From NCBI GenBank assembly GCA_045863855.1, contig BTVV01000082.1, positions 1 through 26,633 on the forward strand: DNA of 26,633 nucleotides. The letters run 5' to 3'. Source of the DNA: Planctomycetota bacterium. Its GTDB lineage: Bacteria > Planctomycetota > SZUA-567 > H5-PLA8. The position numbers and the translations under genes are program-made. Positions within the stretch are counted from its first letter, which is position 1; each line of letters begins with the position of its first letter. The notes beneath the pieces were generated by a model that was not told the DNA's origin, did no database searches, and saw nothing but the letters and a program-made list of their open reading frames with translations. This document shows positions 18,380 to 26,633 of this stretch, piece after piece.

Positions 18380-19093
18380 ATGCACGCCGATCAGATGCGC
18401 GCCGTCGCCTTTCTGGGCGAGGCGCAGGTGCGTAAGCCCATTACCGGCGTCATCCTGAACTTCCACGGGCTTGGCGATCCGGGCTTGCGCAGCTTCCTGA
18501 ACTACGACGAATCCGAATGGGCCGCCGCAGGCGGGCTGGTCGTGATGCCCTACGCCGGTCCGTGGTCCTGGATGAACCGCCAAGCGCGCTCCATGGTCGA
18601 CGGCCTGGTCGATGCGATCTACGAAAACTTCGGCCTCGCCGAGAGCGTGCCGCTCCTGCTGACCGGCGGGAGCATGGGCGGGTTCTGCTCGCTGCTGTAC
18701 GCGCGCTACACGCGGCATACCTTCACGCGCTGCGCCGCCATCTTTCCGTGCACCGATCTGAAGTATCACTTCTCCGAGCGCCCGGATCTTCCGCGCACGA
18801 TCCATCACGCGTTTGCAGGATACCCCGAACCGTTCGAAGACCTGCTGGTTGAACATTCGCCCGTGATGCAAGCCGCGCACATGCCGCGGGTGCCGTATTT
18901 CATCCTGCACGGCGACGCCGACAAGGCCGTGAACAAAGCCGTTCACTCCGACCGTATGGTCGCCGAACTGCGCAAGGCCGGTCACGACGTCACCTACGTC
19001 GAAGTCCCCGGCATGGGCCACCACGAGCCGACGCAGTTTTCGGCCTGGCGCGCCAAGATCGAATTCATCAAGGCGGGGCTGAACCGGGCATGA
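18380..19093 (+). CDS. Alpha/beta hydrolase (S9-like esterase), paralogue 1
   Basis: Triad motifs GGSMGG, HGDAD and GMGH; FHGLG oxyanion region. Confidence 0.88.
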   Translation: MHADQMRAVAFLGEAQVRKPITGVILNFHGLGDPGLRSFLNYDESEWAAAGGLVVMPYAGPWSWMNRQARSMVDGLVDAIYENFGLAESVPLLLTGGSMGGFCSLLYARYTRHTFTRCAAIFPCTDLKYHFSERPDLPRTIHHAFAGYPEPFEDLLVEHSPVMQAAHMPRVPYFILHGDADKAVNKAVHSDRMVAELRKAGHDVTYVEVPGMGHHEPTQFSAWRAKIEFIKAGLNRA

Positions 19094-19806
19094 TGAGCCT
19101 CGAACGCATGCGCGAGTTGGCTTGGATCGCCGACGCGTTCGTCCGACCGCCCATTCGCGCGCTGGTTCTGCGCTTTCACGGATTGGGCGATCCGGGCTTG
19201 CGCGTCGCGCCTTCCTATTCCGAATTGGAATGGGCAGACGCCGGCGCGCTGATCGTCATGCCCTACCTGGGACCGTGGTATTGGATGAACCGGCAGTCGC
19301 GTGCGGCGACTGACGAACTGGTCGATGGACTCTACCGGCATTTCAAGCTGCTCGATACCACGCCGCTGATCGCCACGGGCGGCAGCTTGGGCGGATTCGC
19401 GTCGCTGTTGTACGCGCGTTACGCCCGGCGGCCCGTCGCCGCCTGCGCCGCGTTGCATCCCGTGACCGACGTGAAGTTCAGCTTCTCCGAACGCCCCGAC
19501 GTGGCGCGCACCGTGTACGCGGCGTTTCAAGGCTATCCCGAAGATATGGAAGCGCTCTTTCGCGAGCACTCCCCGCTCAGTCAAGTAGAGCAAATGCCGC
19601 GCATTCCCTATTTGTTCATGCACGGCGATGCCGATGTGGCGGTCAGCAAGAAGGCGCATTCCGATCCGATGGTGAAGGCGTTGCTCGAACGCGGCCACCA
19701 AGTCGAATACCACGCCGTGCCGGGCATGGGCCACCACGACCTCCCGTCCTGGGACTTGCATCGCATCCAGATCGACTTCGTGAAGCGCCATTTCGCGGCG
19801 ACGTAA
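19090..19806 (+). CDS. Alpha/beta hydrolase (S9-like esterase), paralogue 2
   Basis: GGSLGG, HGDAD and GMGH; colinear with paralogue 1; ATGA overlap. Confidence 0.88.
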   Translation: MMSLERMRELAWIADAFVRPPIRALVLRFHGLGDPGLRVAPSYSELEWADAGALIVMPYLGPWYWMNRQSRAATDELVDGLYRHFKLLDTTPLIATGGSLGGFASLLYARYARRPVAACAALHPVTDVKFSFSERPDVARTVYAAFQGYPEDMEALFREHSPLSQVEQMPRIPYLFMHGDADVAVSKKAHSDPMVKALLERGHQVEYHAVPGMGHHDLPSWDLHRIQIDFVKRHFAAT

Positions 19807-19965
19807 GCGCGCATCCGCGTCGGCGCCCGGAGCCACGCCGCTCTAGAGGTCCATTCCAAAGTCTCGATCCTGTAGTGAAAAGCGGCTCGCCTTTCATTCT
19901 GGGTGATGATTCGCGCCGAGTGGCCGTCTATCCTTTATCGCCGAACGCAAGGAGCGCGCCGCTGT

Positions 19966-21273
19966 ATGGAAATTGCAACTGAGTTTGCCATCGTGCTGGT
20001 GCTGGTGGCGGTCAACGGGGTCTTTTCGATGGCCGAAATGGCCATCGTGTCGGCGCGCCGCGCGCGTCTGCAAGGCCGCGCCGGCGCGGGGCATCGCGGA
20101 GCGGCCGCCGCGCTTGAGCTGAAGCAGAACCCCGATGAATTTCTCTCTACGGTCCAGATTGGAATCACACTGATCGGCATCGTAGCCGGCGCGTTCGGCG
20201 GGGCCAGCTTGTCGGCTCACCTGAAGACGTTGGTCGAGCGCGTCGAAGTGCTGGCACCATACGCGCAGGTGCTGAGCTTCGGTATTACGGTCGGCTTGAT
20301 CACGTACCTTTCGCTGGTGGTGGGCGAGTTGCTTCCCAAGCGTCTGGCGCTGGCGCATCCGGAAAGCATCTCCGAGTGGCTGTCGCGGCCGATGGCTCTG
20401 CTGGCGCGCATGGCGCATCCGGCGGTCCGGCTGCTGAGTCTTTCGACGGGCCTGCTCCTCAAGTTGCTGCCGTTCAAACACGCCGAAGAGCCGGCCGTCA
20501 CCGAGGAAGAGTTGAAGCTGCTGATGGATCAAGCCACGCAGGCGGGGGTGCTCAAACGCGGCGAACAGGCGCTGCTGGATAACGTGCTGCGCCTCGACGA
20601 CCTGCGCATCGGCAAGCTGATGACTCCGCGTGCCGAATTGGTCTGGATCGACGCCTCGAAGCCCGAATCGATCGATTGGATCGCGCTGGGCGCCAGCCGG
20701 CACACCCATTTTCCGGTCTGCCGCGGATCGCTGAACCACGTGGTGGGCATGTTGGGCATCAAGGATTTCTGGGCGGAAGCGATGGCCGGCGCCAAACCCG
20801 ATGTGCTTACGCGGCTGACCGCTCCGCTGTACGTCCCCGACACCAGCACCGGAAGCCGGTTGCTCGAACTCTTCAAGGAAACGAGAACGCACCAGGCTTT
20901 GGTGATCGACGAGTACGGCGTGGTGCTGGGCATGGTTACGCTCAACGATATCCTGAAGGCCATCGTAGGCGGATTGTCGCGGCCGGCCGCGGCCGATCCC
21001 GATATCGCCCAACGTCCGGACGGATCGTACCTGGTGGACGGACTGGTGAGCATCGAGCGTTTTCGCACGGTCTTTAAGGTAGGAACGCTGCCCGACGAGG
21101 ATTGGGCGGGATTCAAGACGCTGGGCGGCTTCGCGATGCATAGGCTGCAGCGCGTGCCGAGTACGGCGGACTCCTTCGAAGCGTTGGGCTGGAAGTTCGA
21201 GGTGATGGATATGGACGGCAACCGCGTAGATAAGCTGCTGCTCACGCCGCTGAAAGAAAAAGGAAAGGCTTAG
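19966..21273 (+). CDS. CNNM/TlyC hemolysin-family protein (DUF21 - CBS pair - CorC_HlyC), putative Mg2+/metal efflux
   Basis: NGVFSMAEMAIVS, FLSTVQIGIT, GELLPK, MTPR, VIDEYG, TLGG, DGNRVDK; ATG 19966 follows AAGGAG (the ORF-track start is 19903). Confidence 0.93.
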   Translation: MEIATEFAIVLVLVAVNGVFSMAEMAIVSARRARLQGRAGAGHRGAAAALELKQNPDEFLSTVQIGITLIGIVAGAFGGASLSAHLKTLVERVEVLAPYAQVLSFGITVGLITYLSLVVGELLPKRLALAHPESISEWLSRPMALLARMAHPAVRLLSLSTGLLLKLLPFKHAEEPAVTEEELKLLMDQATQAGVLKRGEQALLDNVLRLDDLRIGKLMTPRAELVWIDASKPESIDWIALGASRHTHFPVCRGSLNHVVGMLGIKDFWAEAMAGAKPDVLTRLTAPLYVPDTSTGSRLLELFKETRTHQALVIDEYGVVLGMVTLNDILKAIVGGLSRPAAADPDIAQRPDGSYLVDGLVSIERFRTVFKVGTLPDEDWAGFKTLGGFAMHRLQRVPSTADSFEALGWKFEVMDMDGNRVDKLLLTPLKEKGKA

Positions 21274-21280
21274 GGTTGAG

Positions 21281-22549
<1,269 letters not shown>

Positions 22550-22643
22550 CGAGAACCCCTAACGGCGGTAAACGGGATACGGTAAAGGACTTGCACTTAC
22601 CGTGTACGCGGTTGCTCGCCGTTCCCTGTTGACCGCTTTCTGC

Positions 22644-23468
22644 TCACTGTCCCTTACCCAATTCCCTGCTGCGTTCGGCGGCGCGGCGAATGGCCGCGGC
22701 TACTTTTGACTTCACGCCGTCTGCCTCGAGCCGTTCGACCGCCGCTTGCGTCGTGCCGTTGGGGCTGGTGACGCGGCGGCGCAGTTCTTCCGGCGCAAGC
22801 CCGGTGTCTTCGAGCATCTTCGCCGCGCCGAGGCACGTCCGCGCGGCGAGCTGCAGCGCCTGCTGCGGCGTAAAGCCTTCGGCCACACCGGCTTCGACCA
22901 TGGCTTCGACCAGATAAAACAGATACGCCGGACCCGAGCCCGAAAGCCCGGTGACGGCGTCCATCATCGGTTCCTCGACGCGCAGGACGATCCCGGCGCT
23001 CGAAAATAGCGCCTCGTACGCACGCAAATCCTCGTCACGCGTATGCTTACCGCCGCACAGGCAACTCGCTCCCAACCCTACCAGCATCGGGGTATTGGGC
23101 ATGATCCGAACCACGCGCGCTCCGGCGGGCAGGTGTCGTTCCAGCCGCGCCGAGGTCACGCCCGCGCAGATCGATCCAAGCACCTGCCGCGAAACGTCGA
23201 ACGCCGGCTTCAGATCTTCAAGCACCTCATCGACTTGCTGGGGCTTTACGCAGAGCACCAATAAGTCCGCGGCCGCGCAGACTTCGCGGTTGGTCGGCAC
23301 CGCGCGCACGCCCAGTTCCAAGCTGAACAACTGGCGGCGCGCTTCGGCAACATCGCTCACCACCATGCGTTGCGGAGGCAGCAGCTTGCTCTTGATTACA
23401 CCGCGCACCAGCGCTTCGGCCATATTGCCGGCGCCCAACAACCCAAGGGTGCGGGACGATAAGTCCAT
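22644..23468 (-). CDS. proC: Pyrroline-5-carboxylate reductase
   Basis: GAGNMAEA, VKPQ, RIMPNTP, GLSGSGPAY, VTSPNGTT; adjacent to yggS as commonly seen. Start taken at ATG 23468 (alternative 23492). Confidence 0.96.
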   Translation of the reverse strand: MDLSSRTLGLLGAGNMAEALVRGVIKSKLLPPQRMVVSDVAEARRQLFSLELGVRAVPTNREVCAAADLLVLCVKPQQVDEVLEDLKPAFDVSRQVLGSICAGVTSARLERHLPAGARVVRIMPNTPMLVGLGASCLCGGKHTRDEDLRAYEALFSSAGIVLRVEEPMMDAVTGLSGSGPAYLFYLVEAMVEAGVAEGFTPQQALQLAARTCLGAAKMLEDTGLAPEELRRRVTSPNGTTQAAVERLEADGVKSKVAAAIRRAAERSRELGKGQ

Positions 23469-23543
23469 ACCGTGTCGAATCCTGTAGCGCATCTCGCCCG
23501 CCCCAAATAAGGAGCGAGCGCTCCCGACGGCTCCAAACCGCAG

Positions 23544-23571
23544 ATGCTAACGCACCTAGAGCAGTTGCCAA
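23544..23571 (-). promoter_or_regulatory. Possible internal promoter for proC
   Basis: Minus strand TTGGCA-16 nt-TAGCAT in the yggS-proC gap. Confidence 0.35.
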
Positions 23572-23593
23572 TAGTTAAAACACAGTCTCCGCT

Positions 23594-24325
23594 TCACTCG
23601 AAAAGCGCCGAACCGACGCGCACGCGCGTCGCGCCTTCCTCGATGGCGATCTCGAAATCCTGCGTCATGCCCATGGATAGTTCGCTCAACGGCTGCGGAT
23701 ACCAGCCCTTGGATTGCGCTTCGTCGCGCAGTTCGCGCAGGCGGCGGAAGACCGGGCGCGAGAGCTTTTCCGGATCGTCGCCGTAGGGCGCCATGCACAT
23801 GAGGCCCCGCACGGCGCAGGCCGGAAAGCGCGCGGCGGCCGAAAGAAACGCTTCCAGGTCCGCCGGCGCCAAGCCGTGCTTCTGCGCTTCGCCGCTGATG
23901 TTCACTTCGGCCAGGCATTCGAGCCGTTCGCGCCCGCGCTTAAGGCATTCGTGCGCCAAGGCTTCGAGCAGCGCGACGGAATCGACGGCCTCGAGGCAGT
24001 CGTAGCCGCGCACCGCGTACTTGGCTTTATTCGTCTGCAAGTGACCGATGAAATGCCAGCGCGCGCCGGCGGCTTGGACTTCCGCGGCCAGCGCATCGAT
24101 CTTTTCGCGCGCATTCTGAATGCGGTTTTCGCCTAAGTCCTTGACGCCCAGCTTGAGCAGTTCGCGTATCTCGGGCAGGCCCACGTACTTGGTGACGGCC
24201 AGAAGCGTGATGCCGGACGCGTTGCGTCCGGCGCGCGCGGCGGCGGCGGACATGCGTTCGCGCACGGCGGCGAGGTTGCGCGCAAGCCGCTCGGGAGGAA
24301 CGGGATGGTCCAGAGGTTGAGCCAT
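23594..24325 (-). CDS. yggS: PLP homeostasis protein YggS/PLPBP
   Basis: LLAVTK, GENRIQ, WHFIGHLQTNK, GLMCM, LSMGM, VRVGSALF. Confidence 0.96.
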   Translation of the reverse strand: MAQPLDHPVPPERLARNLAAVRERMSAAAARAGRNASGITLLAVTKYVGLPEIRELLKLGVKDLGENRIQNAREKIDALAAEVQAAGARWHFIGHLQTNKAKYAVRGYDCLEAVDSVALLEALAHECLKRGRERLECLAEVNISGEAQKHGLAPADLEAFLSAAARFPACAVRGLMCMAPYGDDPEKLSRPVFRRLRELRDEAQSKGWYPQPLSELSMGMTQDFEIAIEEGATRVRVGSALFE

Positions 24326-24327
24326 AA

Positions 24328-25272
24328 CTAAAGGACGGCGTTGTGGATGCCCGAACCGCCGCGGCCGCGCGAAACGAGCGTGGTGTGGACGAGTTCGAGG
24401 AGCGCTTCTTTGCGGTACGGCCGGCGCAGCGCCGCGTCGAAGAGATCCGGATCGGGGCCGAAATCGCGGCGCGAGTAGATGCCCAAAATCGGGACGGCTT
24501 GGCTGCGCGCATCGAGGCGCAACGCGCCGGCCACGCGCGGACCCTGTCCCGTAAGGTACGACACATCCAGGACTACCAGCGCGACGCGGTGTTCGCGCAC
24601 CAGATCGCAGACGGTGGCGCTGAACGCGTCCTGCTCCGACGGCGCGGGCGGCGGTCCGGCCGGACCGCCCACGATCGCATATCCGTCTTCGGCGAGCACC
24701 CCTTTGAGGATATCGGCGCGCGCTTCGTCGTCGTCGAGGACCATGAGGGTCTGGCCTTCGCGCATCAACTGGCGCACTAAGTCCGGATGCTTAAAGGCTT
24801 TCTCGCGCAGGCCGCGGAAGGTCGGGACGCCGGCCTTGTGCCAGGAGTCTTCGATCGACTCCTTGACCAGCCGGTTGATCTCTTTCAGTTCGCACCACGC
24901 TTCGTAGCCCGGCACGTTGGGCTCGAAGTGGAACGTATCGTGGCGGTCCACCGCGAATACAAACTCGTCCGCGAAATAGGCTTCGACGAGCGCCAGCTTC
25001 ATGTGCGGATAGGCGATGTTACCCAGGCGCAGCGCGTAGACACGGGGCAAACTTCCGCCGGTGAGCGGGACGGGTTCGGCGGCCAGCGTGCTGGGCATGC
25101 CGCCGGTCAGGTCCTCGAACGGATGCTTTCCGGCGAGGATCTCGGCCAGCGATTGAGCCTCGGCGAATCGTGGAAGGTTGCGCGCACGCTCGGCTTGGCC
25201 TCGAAAGGCGTGCTGCGTGTAAATCGCGACGGCCTGATTCAACAACGCGCCGGTGATGTCTTGCATTTTCAT
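24328..25272 (-). CDS. Unknown N-terminal domain fused to an atypical receiver (REC) domain
   Basis: N-domain motifs LRLGNIAYPHMKL, AVDRHD and WHKAGVPTF; C-domain MVLDDDE...LVVLDVS...VPILG...LRRPY resembles CheY. The stop lies 2 nt before the yggS ATG. Confidence 0.75.
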   Translation of the reverse strand: MKMQDITGALLNQAVAIYTQHAFRGQAERARNLPRFAEAQSLAEILAGKHPFEDLTGGMPSTLAAEPVPLTGGSLPRVYALRLGNIAYPHMKLALVEAYFADEFVFAVDRHDTFHFEPNVPGYEAWCELKEINRLVKESIEDSWHKAGVPTFRGLREKAFKHPDLVRQLMREGQTLMVLDDDEARADILKGVLAEDGYAIVGGPAGPPPAPSEQDAFSATVCDLVREHRVALVVLDVSYLTGQGPRVAGALRLDARSQAVPILGIYSRRDFGPDPDLFDAALRRPYRKEALLELVHTTLVSRGRGGSGIHNAVL

Positions 25273-25456
25273 GCACGGACGCCCCGCTCGATTTTGGCAG
25301 CGTGCATCCTACCCGACCGCTCACGTCGTGCACGCGCTTTCTTCGAATCGCCGAACCGAAAGGCTCCAGCAACCGATACTTGCAGAAGTGCCTGACGATC
25401 CGGGCTTTGGCGTGCGTCCGGTTGAGATCGACCCGAACCTCGAATAGGCTGAGCCG

Positions 25457-26323
25457 ATGCTTCCTCTTCTTACTCTTCGCCGCGGCGTGACTTGCCTGAT
25501 GCTGGCGGCGTTCGCGATGCTTCTGGCCGGGTGCGAGCGGGCCGTTCCGACGCTCGATTACATGCCCATGCGCGACGGGAACCGCTGGGAGTATCGCTTG
25601 CTGGACCGCTCGCTGCTCCAGACGGTGGAGCAGGGCGTGGAGGTTCAGACCGAACTGGCGGCGAGTTCGGTGCGCGAGGAAGAGCTGATCGGGACGCTTC
25701 CGCCGCGCGCGGAAGTCGTTGCGCCGGAAGGAGAAGCTCCATCGGCGCCCGCGCAACCGACGCCGGCGGGGGCGGCGAAAAAAGCGCGGCGCGTGGTGCT
25801 GGAACTGAAGGAAGCGATCAACGAACTGACGTACCGCGCGAAGTACGACCAATACGAGCAGGTTTGGTCGAAGAGCGGCGGGTACGTGAGTTTCCAGAAC
25901 GCCAAGGGGCGGCACTATTTGCTGATTCTGCCGGCGCACAGCACCTACCGCTGGGTGGTGACGGATCCGTCGGGCGAGAATCTGTATTACGAAGTCGAGC
26001 CGCACGCGGAAGTTACGACGCCGGCGGGGACGTTTCACGGTTGCGCGGTGGCGCGTGAGGAGACGCGGGACCGGCGCGTGATGTACCGCTATTGGTTCGC
26101 GCCGGGGGTGGGGTTGGTGCGGCGGAGCAAGTATTTCGTGGGCGAGGAAGTCTTTCGGCAGGAACTGGTTACGCACGCGGTTCAGCCGTCGACGCGGGAG
26201 AGCCGGAGCGCGGAGGAACTCGAAATCCGCGACGCTCAACGCGGCAAGAAGCGCGGGACCGAGCATTTGAAGGGCGGGCCTCGGCCGATCGAGCCGGCGG
26301 AATTTCCGGGCGATGAAAAGTAG
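25457..26323 (+). CDS. Hypothetical lipoprotein (DUF3108/TapB-like beta-sheet family)
   Basis: Lipobox LLAGC after a hydrophobic stretch; motifs YMPMRDGNRWEY, VTTPAGTF..C and YWFAPGVGLVR. Confidence 0.7.
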   Translation: MLPLLTLRRGVTCLMLAAFAMLLAGCERAVPTLDYMPMRDGNRWEYRLLDRSLLQTVEQGVEVQTELAASSVREEELIGTLPPRAEVVAPEGEAPSAPAQPTPAGAAKKARRVVLELKEAINELTYRAKYDQYEQVWSKSGGYVSFQNAKGRHYLLILPAHSTYRWVVTDPSGENLYYEVEPHAEVTTPAGTFHGCAVAREETRDRRVMYRYWFAPGVGLVRRSKYFVGEEVFRQELVTHAVQPSTRESRSAEELEIRDAQRGKKRGTEHLKGGPRPIEPAEFPGDEK

Positions 26324-26341
26324 GGCGCGGATGAGTTCGAC

Positions 26342-26357
26342 CGTTCCACGTGGAAGA
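26342..26357. other. parS-like centromere site
   Basis: CGTTCCACGTGGAAGA matches TGTTCCACGTGGAACA at 14/16 positions, with a perfect 12-bp core TTCCACGTGGAA; intergenic. Confidence 0.65.
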
Positions 26358-26473
26358 TTCACGATGCGAAGCGGGCTGCTCTTGTGCGGCAACTTTTCGA
26401 ACGAACTTTAAGGACTTAGAAGCGCGCAAACGCGGTCTATACCACCTCGCGCACGTCGAGCAAAAATTCGTTT

Positions 26474-26500
26474 CTGCTATAAAACTGCTATAAATCGCTA
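26474..26500 (+). repeat. Tandem direct repeat CTGCTATAAA x2 plus a partial third copy (11-bp period)
   Basis: CTGCTATAAA at 26474-26483 and 26485-26494, followed by TCGCTA. Confidence 0.55.
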
Positions 26501-26633
26501 CCGCAAAGCGTATGTTTGCACGCAGGTGCTTAGTGTCCGGGCGGCTATGCGCGAGGGGCTGAACGGGTGCATGTGGTGCGGGGGCCCCAAAAGCGCGGCC
26601 TTCCGTGGCCTTCGGCGTCCGGCGATGGGCGCG

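Noticed and set aside
19807..19965. Metal-sensing riboswitch upstream of the CNNM gene
   Set aside because: Only a small hairpin (GAAAAGCG-GCT-CGCCTTTC); no recognisable yybP-ykoY, M-box, NiCo or fluoride consensus. A covariance-model scan would settle it.
26324..26633. oriC, tRNA or CRISPR array in the terminal intergenic region
   Set aside because: No TTATCCACA-like boxes, no cloverleaf and no repeat-spacer periodicity.

Overview
High-GC bacterial chromosomal window, probably Planctomycetota (inferred from the FHA-kinase and FHA-sigma54 architectures and lineage-typical hypothetical proteins). In order it carries: the 5' end of ppdK; a membrane protein; an orphan multidomain CapA-type metallophosphatase; an FHA-GAF-sigma54 activator; an orphan FabF-like synthase; an AT-richer patch with a FitA/VapC toxin-antitoxin pair and two small membrane proteins; a FadR-NanA-like-Asp-box glycosidase operon; a membrane HAMP-SpoIIE phosphatase; a LacI-GH50-like/CBM9 locus followed by two tandem esterase paralogues; a CNNM/TlyC protein; a run of unknown-domain/receiver fusion, yggS, proC and an FHA Ser/Thr kinase; and a lipoprotein followed by a parS-like palindrome. 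No rRNA, tRNA, CRISPR array, transposase or integrase was seen. The best candidates for undescribed biology are the NanA-like aldolase with a rewired active site, a possible phosphothreonine circuit (FHA kinase, TP-repeat-tailed phosphatase, FHA-sigma54 activator), and the unknown-domain/atypical-receiver protein coupled to yggS-proC. All calls were made by eye, with no database searches.
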